Source: an uncultured Chloroflexia bacterium (GTDB lineage: Bacteria; Chloroflexota; Anaerolineae; Anaerolineales; UBA4823). Taken from it: DNA of 64,000 nt. Location: NCBI GenBank assembly GCA_963827155.1, contig CAWGZV010000002.1, positions 2,689,592-2,753,591 of the forward strand, written 5' to 3'. The position numbers were made by a program, and so were the translations under genes. Below the pieces are notes generated by a model, which saw nothing but the letters and a program-made list of their open reading frames with translations, had not been told where the DNA came from and did not search any database. Below, piece by piece: positions 17,526 through 26,714 of this stretch; the stretch's first letter is position 1, and each line of letters starts with the position of its first letter.

Positions 17526-18689
17526 ATGAGTGGAACAGTCCTGATCGTTGACGACGAGGAAAACGCACGTCTGGCTATCACAGACTACCTAGGTCCGCAT
17601 GGTTTCGAGACGATCAGTGTAGCTTCTTTAGCCGAGGCAAGATCGATTTTGGGTCGTGGTCAGGCAGACGTTGTGGTGCTGGATGTTCAGCTCGACGACG
17701 GGTACGGTCCCAGCCTGCTCAATGAAACCGCACAAATGCCCATGCGCCCTCCAATCATATTGATGACCGGGCATGGCGATATCAATTCAGCAGTGGACGC
17801 GATGAAGAAGGGCGCCTATGATTTTCTGCAAAAGCCGCTCAATATGTCGCAATTAGAACAATCGATCCGCAGAGCGCTCGAGATTGTCGCCATGCGGCGG
17901 GAGCTGAGTTTTCTGCGTGATGTCCAAAAGGAAGAGCTGAATTTTATTGTCGGCTCGTCTTCGAAAATGCAAGCTTTAATGGACGGTGCTCAGCGGGCGG
18001 CGGAGGCCTCGGTTTCGGTGCTGATCACCGGGGAAACCGGGACCGGGAAGGAAGTGCTTGGTCGGGCAATTCACAAAATGGGTCCGAGGGCCAGTAAGCC
18101 TTTTATGGATATCAACTGCGCCGCGATCCAGAGCACTGTAATCGAATCTGAACTCTTTGGCTACGAAGCTGGCGCGTTCACCAGCGCAGAAAGGCGAAAG
18201 CTTGGGTTAATGGAAGTAGCCGATGGCGGGATCTTGTGGTTAGATGAGATCGCGTCTATGTCCGTGGATATGCAGGCTAAACTGCTGCGGGCGATTGAAG
18301 AACAATCCTTCCGCCGGGTTGGCGGAACTAATCTGATCCATGTGGATGTGCAGGTGATGGCTGCATCGAACCGATCACTGCCCAACTTGATTGAAGTCGG
18401 GGAATTCCGGGAGGATCTCTACTACCGATTGAAAGTGGTCAACCTTGAAATCCCACCGCTCAGGGAGCGTAAGGAGGATATCCCAGACCTGGTTGGTTTT
18501 TACATAAAATTTTACAACCAGAAATTAGGCAAGAATATCCAGGATATCAGTCCGCGGGCGATGAATGCTTTAACTGAATATCGCTGGCCGGGGAATATCC
18601 GCGAGCTAAAGAACGCGATTTATCACGCGATGCTATACTGCGATGAGGCATGCATCGACCTGCCTCACTTTCCATCTGAATTAGGATGA
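17526..18689 (+). CDS. Sigma-54-dependent response regulator (REC + AAA+), lacking the C-terminal HTH DNA-binding domain
   Basis: REC domain VLIVDDEENARL...DVQLDDG. Walker A GETGTGKE. GAFTGA-loop variant GYEAGAFTSAERR. Sensor II GNIRELKN. The protein ends 20 aa later (..YCDEACIDLPHFPSELG*). Confidence 0.85.
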   Translation: MSGTVLIVDDEENARLAITDYLGPHGFETISVASLAEARSILGRGQADVVVLDVQLDDGYGPSLLNETAQMPMRPPIILMTGHGDINSAVDAMKKGAYDFLQKPLNMSQLEQSIRRALEIVAMRRELSFLRDVQKEELNFIVGSSSKMQALMDGAQRAAEASVSVLITGETGTGKEVLGRAIHKMGPRASKPFMDINCAAIQSTVIESELFGYEAGAFTSAERRKLGLMEVADGGILWLDEIASMSVDMQAKLLRAIEEQSFRRVGGTNLIHVDVQVMAASNRSLPNLIEVGEFREDLYYRLKVVNLEIPPLRERKEDIPDLVGFYIKFYNQKLGKNIQDISPRAMNALTEYRWPGNIRELKNAIYHAMLYCDEACIDLPHFPSELG

Positions 18690-18730
18690 TTCCGGCTGAA
18701 TCAGGATGATTTCGGTTGAATCGGAGCTTA

Positions 18731-20311
18731 TCAGGGGTTATTCCAGATCACAAACATTTCTGCAACGCAAAACCGGCGGTCCGGCTCATCTGCCACACAG
18801 GCTTTATAAGGAATGATGGCGCCGTTAAGGGCATCGAAGTTCGGAAATTTATAACTTGATTTTCCGCTCGCGTCGGTTGCGGGCATCAGAAAGTGCTGTT
18901 CCTGGGAATTTGGGGGGGTGACAGTCAGCTCTACCACCTCGCCAGCCAAAGGTTGCCCATTTTTCTCCACCCAGACTTCAATTTCCTGACCTTGATTTTG
19001 ATTGAGTATAGGGGAACGCTGCCAGATACGCAGCGAGATTTCATCCCTATTCGATTTGTCCTGACCGGAGGGATCGGTCTGCGGAGGGGTGGGCTGCAGG
19101 TTTTGGGATGGATCCTGGAGCGATTTGGCTCTGGATTGCTCGGTCAACTGATTATAGGCGTACCCGAGGGGTTCGGGTCGAACCCGAGACCCTCGCGAGG
19201 CGGAGGCATTGTACATCAAACATAGATTGGTAAAACATTGATGATCGATATTATTCATTAAAAATGAATAATGGGTGATCGGTGCACCAGAGTAGGTAAT
19301 CCCGCCATGAGACTCGATGTATTCCCAAAAAAAGAGGGGGATGTCGTAGCCAAGGTTATCGCCAACTGAAAAGAAGTGCATATCTGGAGACTGGCTGGAA
19401 GGCTTTGGGGCTTCTTCCTTCACAGTTACGAGGCGGCTGAGAGGCAAGATCCTCACATTTCCATTATCTTCAGGGGAATCCGATACTAAAACCACATTTT
19501 CCAGGATCTGCTCCCACTGACCGGAGCTATTCATCCCTGCATCTGCCAGGGCGAACCCGGTAAAATCGATGCCGATCTTATCGACGAAATCCTGAAAGGC
19601 AGGATCGATGTAGCTCTGGATGTCAATCGCTGCGTCGCTGCCAGGACGGTCTGGGCTGCATTTTCCATCGCAAGCCCAGGCACCATAAGCTAACAAGTGC
19701 ACCTCCGGAGTGCCCTCCAGCCGGTAGAAACCCAAGTTTTCAAAGTACTGCTCATATCTTCGGCGAATGATGTTGAAACGCGGCTCGGTCAGGGGTTTGC
19801 CCACTGTCTTTGCGCCAAGCTGCTGGTAAAGTAGATAGAACTCTGGGAGGATCGTGTGACCTTCAAGATAAGGCAAGTTTGGGTCCTCTGGGCGGGGCAC
19901 TGGCGGTTCAGCGACCGCCATATCTAAACCAAGCGGAGCAAAACGAAATTTGGAGGCTGCCGGTGCAGCTTCATCGAAAATCATTTTTACGGACTCCAGG
20001 AATTGGGTGGTCGCATACCCCTCTTTGCGAGAAGGGGAAATTGCGGGTCCGAACCGGTCGACCCCCCCTTGATAATCGATATATTCTTGAAAAATCGGGT
20101 CAATCTCAAAATATCCTAAGGAAGGGTCCGAGCGGTCGGTGGAGGATGAGCCACCCGAACAAGCGCTAGCCAGGAATACAACCACCAGAAATATGACTAA
20201 GAAACGCAGAACCCTTCCATGCTGCGCTCTCAGTTGGGGTGGCTTTGTGGCCAGGAGAGATTTCGGACCTCGCATTTTACTTTCGGAACCGTTCGCCTGT
20301 ATCCCCACCAC
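18731..20311 (-). CDS. Secreted lipoprotein with four LGFP-like repeats and a C-terminal beta-rich domain; function unknown
   Basis: Signal/lipobox VVFLASACSGG. Recurring F..Y....GG....G.P modules: IFQEYIDYQGGVDRFGPAISP, EFYLLYQQLGAKTVGKPLTEP and FFWEYIESHGGITYSGAPITH. The start may be the ATG at 20275. Confidence 0.5.
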   Translation of the reverse strand: MVGIQANGSESKMRGPKSLLATKPPQLRAQHGRVLRFLVIFLVVVFLASACSGGSSSTDRSDPSLGYFEIDPIFQEYIDYQGGVDRFGPAISPSRKEGYATTQFLESVKMIFDEAAPAASKFRFAPLGLDMAVAEPPVPRPEDPNLPYLEGHTILPEFYLLYQQLGAKTVGKPLTEPRFNIIRRRYEQYFENLGFYRLEGTPEVHLLAYGAWACDGKCSPDRPGSDAAIDIQSYIDPAFQDFVDKIGIDFTGFALADAGMNSSGQWEQILENVVLVSDSPEDNGNVRILPLSRLVTVKEEAPKPSSQSPDMHFFSVGDNLGYDIPLFFWEYIESHGGITYSGAPITHYSFLMNNIDHQCFTNLCLMYNASASRGSRVRPEPLGYAYNQLTEQSRAKSLQDPSQNLQPTPPQTDPSGQDKSNRDEISLRIWQRSPILNQNQGQEIEVWVEKNGQPLAGEVVELTVTPPNSQEQHFLMPATDASGKSSYKFPNFDALNGAIIPYKACVADEPDRRFCVAEMFVIWNNP

Positions 20312-20544
20312 TAAACCAAACCAGGGATGCCGAGCCTAAAGGACTTCTTTGATCGGATTACTAATTGTTCGTTAAGGTTAGGGCGATTATACCTTAATAT
20401 AAATGGGATTCTGCTTTATTCGCGTATATTAACAGCACTGATAGGTGAAAATCAATTATTGGTTTAGATTTGTTTAGGATGGTCAAAACCGATCATTTGT
20501 GATAAGCTTATTTTCGATTAACCTTAATAACTCAAGCAGAAAGT

Positions 20545-20752
20545 GGCTGAGGCGCCTTACCCCCGGATGGGAAGGCACTTTGTCGAAGCCGGTGAAAGTC
20601 CGGCGCTGTCGCGCAACTGTAATCCGCAATGGCGGAGAGCCAGGTCGCACACCTCAGTCCAGTTTCCACAAACCTCGCCGTAAGGAGGTGGAAGCCGTTT
20701 ATGCCAGCACATTCCACCTCCCTGCCCCTGCGACAGGGAGGCTTTCATTTTA
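20545..20752 (+). promoter_or_regulatory. Cobalamin (B12) riboswitch with intrinsic-terminator expression platform
   Basis: GATGGGAAG...GCCGGTGAAAGTCCGGCGCTGTCGCGCAACTGTAA...GAGCCAGGTCGCAC matches the conserved cobalamin aptamer core and B12 box. P1 is CTGAGG (20547-52) paired with CCTCAG (20652-57). The terminator is CCTCCCTG-N9-CAGGGAGG plus CTTTCATTTT (20717-20751). Confidence 0.85.
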
Positions 20753-20780
20753 AAATTCATTAGTGGGCTCAGGAGTAAAT

Positions 20781-21744
20781 ATGTCGTGCCGCAGTACCAA
20801 TAAAATAAAGCTCTCGATTATATTTTCAACCATCTTGTTGGCTGCGAAATCTTACTGGGTGCAGTCCCTCAAATTCGAAGGTAGATGAAGTCCCTGCGAC
20901 AGAGGCGCCCATTGTGCTCACAGATGGTCTGAATAAATCCATCAAGCTGCCAAAAGCAGCCCAAAGGATCGTCTCACTGGCGCCTTCAAGCACCGAAATC
21001 CTCTACGCAATTGACGCAGGGCGACAAGTGGTCGCCCGTGACACATTCTCCGATTATCCAGAGGAGGCGAAAACCATCCCGGATATCGGAGGTGGATTTG
21101 GCGAGCTCAATTCGGAAGCCATCATTGCCCAAAAACCCGACCTAGTTCTGGCAAGCTCTCTGACACCCCCAGAGCAGATCAAAGCGCTGGAAAGCCTCGG
21201 GCTGACAGTTTTTGCAATCGCCAATCCTAACGATTTTTCAGGATTGTTCCAGAACCTGCGAGCTGTCGCCAAGCTGACAGCGCATGAAGCTGAAGCCGAG
21301 ACGCTTGTGGATGAGCTGGACGCCCGGATTAAAGCGGTGGAAGAAAAGGTCAAAAACACCCATGAGAAACCGCTAGTATTTTACGAATTGGACGGAACCG
21401 ATCCTAACGCGCCCTGGACCCCAGGGCCAGGCAGTTTCGTTGATAACCTGATCCGCATGGCCGGAGGTGAAAATCTGGGAAGCGGCATGAGCAGCGAATG
21501 GGCACAGATCAGCATCGAGGAGCTGGTCAGCAAAGACCCAGAAATCATCTTGATCGGCGATGCGACTTGGGGCGGTGTGACCCTGGACGACGTCCGCAAC
21601 CGGGCGGGATGGGAGAGCCTGAAGGCCATCCAAGAAGGCAGGATGTTTGTCTTTGATGACAACCTGGTCAGCCGCCCAGGCCCTCGGCTGGTAGATGGTT
21701 TGGAAGCAATGGCAAAACTGCTCCATCCAGAACTATTCCAATAA
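20781..21744 (+). pseudogene. btuF: BtuF-like periplasmic-binding-protein lipoprotein (cobalamin/corrinoid ABC importer), frameshifted in the signal peptide
   Basis: ATG 20781 with RBS AGGAG gives MSCRSTNKIKLSIIFSTILLAA.., which then stops. The next frame gives NLTGCSPSNSKVDEVPATEAPIVLTDG.. (lipobox LTGC), continuous with ORF 20914-21744 (Peripla_BP_2-like). Confidence 0.75.
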
Positions 21745-21760
21745 TCGGATATAACCATCG

Positions 21761-22789
21761 ATGAAATCAAGCTGGCGGCCTTATCTGATTAACCTGCTCT
21801 TCCTTGGGGCTGCGCTGACCTTAAGCGTGGCTGCCGGACCAGTATTTATCCCGCCTGGCGCGGTGATCCGGATCCTGGCGGAGGGTTTACCGGGGATCTC
21901 TCTTCCGATCAATTGGCCGGTGAACTTCGAAACCATCATCTATCAAATCCGGCTTCCGCATGCTGTCTTGATTTTACTGACCGGCGCAGCTCTAGGCGGC
22001 AGTGGGGCGGCCTATCAAGGCGTCTTCCGCAACCCTCTAGCGGACCCATATTTGATTGGAGTAGCATCAGGCGCAGGTTTAGGCGCTGTCATCGCGATGG
22101 CGGTGAGCTGGCCAGGGGATCTGCTAGGATTGTATGCGATTCCAATTGCAGCATTTATCGGGGCAATCATCACAATTGCCCTGGTTTACAGCCTGGCGAG
22201 GGTCGGGAAAAGCCTGCCAACAACCACTTTGATCCTGGCTGGCGTGGCGGTCAGTGCGTTCGCCTCGTCGCTCACCTCTTTTTTAATGCTCCGATCCAAC
22301 CAGGAGCTGCGGCGGGCGATCGGCTGGCTGATGGGCGGCTCAATCCTCGGTGGTTGGGAACCAGTGCTGGCGATCCTGCCGTATATCCTGCTTGGGTTGG
22401 GACTGCTGCTCAGCTCTGGGCATCTGCTGAACGTGCTCCAATTTGGAGAAGAGCAGGCGACACAACTTGGCCTGGATGCCGAGAGAATCAAAGGATACAT
22501 CCTGCTTGCGGCTTCACTAACTACTGCAGCAGCAGTCGCCTTTTCCGGTGTTATCGGATTCATCGGATTAATTGTCCCGCATATCGCCCGCCTGCTTTGG
22601 GGACATGATTACCGGCAGGTGATCCCGCTCTCGATCCTGGGCGGCGGGACGATTCTACTCATCGCAGACCTGCTGGCCCGAACCGTGCTGGCGCCTCAAG
22701 TGATCCCGGTTGGGATTGTCACAGCACTGGCGGGAGCACCCTTTTTCTTATGGGTCCTGCGGGCGGCAAAAGATCAGGCTTTCTGGTAA
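21761..22789 (+). CDS. btuC: FecCD/BtuC-family ABC permease
   Basis: 342-aa polytopic ORF with typical FecCD motifs: RNPLADPYLIGVASGA and VIGFIGLIVPHIARLL. Confidence 0.85.
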   Translation: MKSSWRPYLINLLFLGAALTLSVAAGPVFIPPGAVIRILAEGLPGISLPINWPVNFETIIYQIRLPHAVLILLTGAALGGSGAAYQGVFRNPLADPYLIGVASGAGLGAVIAMAVSWPGDLLGLYAIPIAAFIGAIITIALVYSLARVGKSLPTTTLILAGVAVSAFASSLTSFLMLRSNQELRRAIGWLMGGSILGGWEPVLAILPYILLGLGLLLSSGHLLNVLQFGEEQATQLGLDAERIKGYILLAASLTTAAAVAFSGVIGFIGLIVPHIARLLWGHDYRQVIPLSILGGGTILLIADLLARTVLAPQVIPVGIVTALAGAPFFLWVLRAAKDQAFW

Positions 22790-22811
22790 GAAGAGTGAAG
22801 TGGAGAGAACC

Positions 22812-23600
22812 ATGCTTGAAGTCAAATCTCTTGCGGTTAGCTACGGAAAAAGAAGAGTGCTAGAAGATATTAATCTGTTCGTAAAGCCCGGGGAGATCCT
22901 GGTGATTATCGGCCCCAACGGGGCTGGAAAATCGACATTAATCCGAGCAATCAGCGGGACGCTGCCCAACGAGCAGGGAGTTATCCAAGTGAACGGTCGA
23001 GACATCAGCGCCTTGAACGCGGCGCAACGAGCCAGGCAAATCGCGGTTGTCCCGCAGGCTCGCAACATGCCAGCCGCCTTTACAGTCTACCAATCCGTGC
23101 TACTCGGACGCACTCCCTACCTGAATTGGATGGGAATGACCGGCGAGCGGGACAGGCAGCTCGTAAAAACAGCACTCGAAAGGACGTGCTGCAGTGAGCT
23201 ATCAGATCGCTCTGTGGGTGAGCTTTCGGGCGGCGAGCAGCAGCGAGTGCTGCTGGCAAGAGCACTGGCGCAAAGCACATCCGTCCTTCTGCTGGATGAG
23301 CCTACCACCCACCTGGACTTGCAGCACCAGTCCGGTTTGCTCAACCTGGTGCGCGATCTCGCTGCCCACCAAAACCTGGCGGTGCTCATGGCACTGCACG
23401 ATCTCAACCTGGCCAGCATTTATGCCGACCGGGTTGTGCTACTGGTAAATGGTCGAATCCGCAAAACCGGAACTCCGAGTGAAGTGCTGACAGAAGATAT
23501 GCTGACAAAAGTTTACCGCGTGCCCGTGCATGTGGTCCCGCACCCAGATTATGGAAGCCCGCTGGTCCTTCCAGATGGAAGATTTGGAGGCGGACAATGA
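22812..23600 (+). CDS. btuD: ABC transporter ATP-binding protein (BtuD/FecE type)
   Basis: [22 protein letters not shown].., Walker [10 protein letters not shown], signature LSGGEQQRV, Walker B LLLDEP. ATG at 22812, in frame within track ORF 22710-23600. Confidence 0.85.
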   Translation: MLEVKSLAVSYGKRRVLEDINLFVKPGEILVIIGPNGAGKSTLIRAISGTLPNEQGVIQVNGRDISALNAAQRARQIAVVPQARNMPAAFTVYQSVLLGRTPYLNWMGMTGERDRQLVKTALERTCCSELSDRSVGELSGGEQQRVLLARALAQSTSVLLLDEPTTHLDLQHQSGLLNLVRDLAAHQNLAVLMALHDLNLASIYADRVVLLVNGRIRKTGTPSEVLTEDMLTKVYRVPVHVVPHPDYGSPLVLPDGRFGGGQ

Positions 23601-24118
23601 GGCGCGGGTTAGTCATCGTCAATACCGGCAACGGGAAAGGGAAGACCACAGCAGCGCTTGGACTTCTGCTGCGCGCCTGGGGCAGAGATTTCCGGGTCTG
23701 CGTGATCCAATTTATTAAGAGTGAAAAAGGGGCCTGGGGAGAAGTGAAAGCCGCGCAGAAGCTGGGAATCGAGTGGCACAAAATGGGCGACGGCTTCACC
23801 TGGCTTTCGAAAGATATGGATGAGACAATTGCCGCGGCGCGGGCTGGGTGGGAACTGGCGCAATCAAAGATTTCAAGCGAAGCTTATGACCTTGTGATCC
23901 TGGATGAATTCACGTACCCGCTCCACTTTGGCTGGCTCAACACGGAAGAAGTCATTTCCTGGTTAAAAGCGCATAAGCCGGAGGAGATGCACCTGATCAT
24001 CACAGGACGTGAAGCCCCACAAAGCCTGATCGAATTCTCGGATCTGGCGACGGAAATGCAAGAGCTGAAACATCCATACCAACAAGGGCTCAAAGCACAA
24101 CCAGGAATTGAGTTTTAA
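23597..24118 (+). CDS. cobO: Cob(I)yrinic acid a,c-diamide adenosyltransferase (CobO/BtuR type)
   Basis: [37 protein letters not shown] and the C-terminal [15 protein letters not shown] are typical of CobO. Confidence 0.85.
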   Translation: MRRGLVIVNTGNGKGKTTAALGLLLRAWGRDFRVCVIQFIKSEKGAWGEVKAAQKLGIEWHKMGDGFTWLSKDMDETIAAARAGWELAQSKISSEAYDLVILDEFTYPLHFGWLNTEEVISWLKAHKPEEMHLIITGREAPQSLIEFSDLATEMQELKHPYQQGLKAQPGIEF

Positions 24119-24136
24119 TCTTAAATCGAGAATAAT

Positions 24137-25195
24137 ATGTTAATTCAAAATATTATTAAGCAAATCAGACCGCTGGATGAAAACTCAATTCGGGCAGCCC
24201 AGAAACGCCAGGACCAATTGACGAAGCCGCAAGGCAGCCTGGGACGGCTTGAACAGCTTTCCATACAGGCGGCAGGAATCACGGCAAACCCACAGCCAGT
24301 GATTAGAGACAAGGTGGTGCTGGTTATGGCTGGCGACCACGGCGTTGTGGCTGAAGGCGTCAGCGCCTACCCGCAGGCGGTGACGCCCCAAATGGTGGCA
24401 AATTTCCTGGGCGGCGGCGCAGCGATCAATGTGCTTTCGAGGCATGTCGGAGCAAGGGTGGTGGTAGTGGATATGGGGGTCGCAGCGGATTTAACCCCGC
24501 ACCCGGACCTGATCATCCGGAAGGTTGGCTATGGGACTCAAAATATTGCTCGCGAGGCGGCGATGAGGGTAGAGCAGGCAGTCCAGAGCCTGGAAGCTGG
24601 CGCGGAAGTTTGCCTGAGCCAGATAAAACTCGGATTAGACCTGTTGGCTACCGGAGATATGGGGATTGGGAACACAACTCCTTCAGCAGCGATTGCGGCG
24701 GTAATCACGGGCATTCCCGCTGAAGAGATCGCCGGGCGGGGAACCGGTGTAGATGATCGGGGGCTCCAACGTAAGATCGCGGCGATCCAAATGGCGATTG
24801 AGGTCAATCATCCGAACCCTCGGGACGGCATCGATATCCTGGCAAAAGTGGGAGGGTTTGAGATCGCGGGGATTACCGGAGCAATCCTGGCTGCCGCTGC
24901 CAACCGCAAACCGGTTGTGATCGATGGATTCATCTCAACGGCGGCAGCAATGGTCGCAGTGATCCTGGCACCAGAGACACGCCATTACCTGATCCCTGCC
25001 CACACCTCAATGGAACGCGGACACCACCTGATGATGAAATGGTTGGGGGCAGACCCGCTCCTGGATCTACAGATGCGGCTCGGAGAGGGAACCGGCGCCG
25101 TGCTTGCCATGTCTCTGGTGGAAGCTTCCTGCAAGATCCTGTCTGAGATGGCGACATTCAGCGAGGCGGGCGTCGCAGAGAGATCGGACCCATGA
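24137..25195 (+). CDS. cobT: Nicotinate-nucleotide--dimethylbenzimidazole phosphoribosyltransferase
   Basis: 352 aa. KPQGSLGRLEQLSIQAAG, VMAGDHGV, DMGIGNTT and MRLGEGTGA are CobT hallmarks. Confidence 0.9.
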   Translation: MLIQNIIKQIRPLDENSIRAAQKRQDQLTKPQGSLGRLEQLSIQAAGITANPQPVIRDKVVLVMAGDHGVVAEGVSAYPQAVTPQMVANFLGGGAAINVLSRHVGARVVVVDMGVAADLTPHPDLIIRKVGYGTQNIAREAAMRVEQAVQSLEAGAEVCLSQIKLGLDLLATGDMGIGNTTPSAAIAAVITGIPAEEIAGRGTGVDDRGLQRKIAAIQMAIEVNHPNPRDGIDILAKVGGFEIAGITGAILAAAANRKPVVIDGFISTAAAMVAVILAPETRHYLIPAHTSMERGHHLMMKWLGADPLLDLQMRLGEGTGAVLAMSLVEASCKILSEMATFSEAGVAERSDP

Positions 25196-26004
25196 ACGGA
25201 ACTTTACCAGAGGAGGAGGTCACTCCTCAGGAAAATATTGGGGCGCGACAACCTTCCGGCTTCCAGGCATTCCTGACCGCGGTCCAGTTTTTGCTGATCT
25301 CGCCGGCATTCAAAAAGGGGGTGTTCAGTCCACAAGAACTGGGCGCCTCGGTTGGGTATTATCCACTGGTTGGATTGATCCTGGGCGTGATCTTAATTGG
25401 CGCCGATTTGCTGCTTGGAAGGATCTTTCCTCCCCTGGTGCGGGCAGCATTAGTGCTGGCGATTTGGATCTTACTCACCGGCGCACTGCACCTGGATGGT
25501 TTTCTGGATTCCTGCGACGGGCTTCTTGGGGGATCGGATCCACAGAAACGGATGGAGATCATGCGCGACGAGCGGGTAGGAGCTTATGCCCTCTCAGGCG
25601 GCTCGCTCTTGCTGCTGATCAAGTTCAGCGCGTTAGCAACGCTTGGCGGACGGTCGGATGCACTCCTGCTTGCACCCGTGCTGGGACGCTGGGCGATCGC
25701 AGTTGCGCTGACGACTTTCCCTTATGCCAGGGAGGTGGGACTGGGACGTGAAATGAAAGACCACGCCGGGAGGCGGCAGGCGGTGCGCGCTTCTGTTTTT
25801 GGTTTGGTGATCGTCTGCGCCCTATCGCTCTGGCATCCTGCGGCGCCGATCATCGCCGCGCTGGGGGCATCGGCGTTGGGAGGTTGGCTGGTTATCCGCT
25901 TCGCCCTCAATCGTTTACCTGGGCTGACAGGCGATATCTACGGTGCGCTCAACGAGATCGTAGAAGCGCTGGTCCTTCTGGTATTCGCGGGTTTTTACAG
26001 ATGA
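25192..26004 (+). CDS. cobS: Adenosylcobinamide-GDP ribazoletransferase (cobalamin synthase)
   Basis: Polytopic 270-aa ORF with LTAVQFLLISP, YYPLVGLILG and HLDGFLDSCDG motifs. Confidence 0.85.
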   Translation: MNGTLPEEEVTPQENIGARQPSGFQAFLTAVQFLLISPAFKKGVFSPQELGASVGYYPLVGLILGVILIGADLLLGRIFPPLVRAALVLAIWILLTGALHLDGFLDSCDGLLGGSDPQKRMEIMRDERVGAYALSGGSLLLLIKFSALATLGGRSDALLLAPVLGRWAIAVALTTFPYAREVGLGREMKDHAGRRQAVRASVFGLVIVCALSLWHPAAPIIAALGASALGGWLVIRFALNRLPGLTGDIYGALNEIVEALVLLVFAGFYR

Positions 26005-26072
26005 GCTCTGGAGTACAGATTGTAAACCCCTGGCGATCCAGATCCCAAGAAAAATTCAAGAGAAGGACCTTT

Positions 26073-26714
26073 ATGCCGACACGATTAATCCTCATCCGCC
26101 ACGGCCAAACCGAGTGGAATGCCGATGGACGCTTTATGGGACAGACCGACATTGGGCTCAATGAAATTGGGCAAGCACAGGCTGAGGCGGTTGCCCGGCG
26201 GCTAACCGACGAGCACCCAACAGCAATTTACACCAGCGATCTGCAGCGAGCCCGGCAAACAGCCGAGTCAATCCAGCAGGCTCTGATGGGCGGGGAACCA
26301 GCCCAGCCATCACCAACCCTGATCACAGAAAAACGGCTGCGAGAGATGCATTTTGGCGAATGGCAGGGATTGACTTACCCGCAGATCCAGTCCAGATATC
26401 CAGAAGCCGCCGAAGCCTGGGAAACGAATATGCTGATCAATGCACCTTCAGGCGGTGAGACAGTCACCCAGGTTTCTGAACGGGTCCGGCAGGCATACGA
26501 AGAGATAAAACGCACATATCCTGAAGAAACCGTCTTTCTGGTTGCACACGGCGGGACGCTCCAAATCCTACTCTGTACTGCGCTGGATATCGGTATCGAT
26601 AAATTCTGGCAGTTCACACTTAACAACACCAGTGTGAGCGAGCTGATCATCTTCCCTGAAGGGGCAATTCTCGGTCTTTTTAATGACACCTGCCATCTGG
26701 GGAGGATAGGCTGA
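26073..26714 (+). CDS. cobC: Histidine phosphatase family protein, probable alpha-ribazole phosphatase
   Basis: The ATG at 26073 gives MPTRLILIRHGQTEWNADGRFMGQTDIGLNEIG (RHG motif). It sits between cobS and cobQ. Confidence 0.75.
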   Translation: MPTRLILIRHGQTEWNADGRFMGQTDIGLNEIGQAQAEAVARRLTDEHPTAIYTSDLQRARQTAESIQQALMGGEPAQPSPTLITEKRLREMHFGEWQGLTYPQIQSRYPEAAEAWETNMLINAPSGGETVTQVSERVRQAYEEIKRTYPEETVFLVAHGGTLQILLCTALDIGIDKFWQFTLNNTSVSELIIFPEGAILGLFNDTCHLGRIG

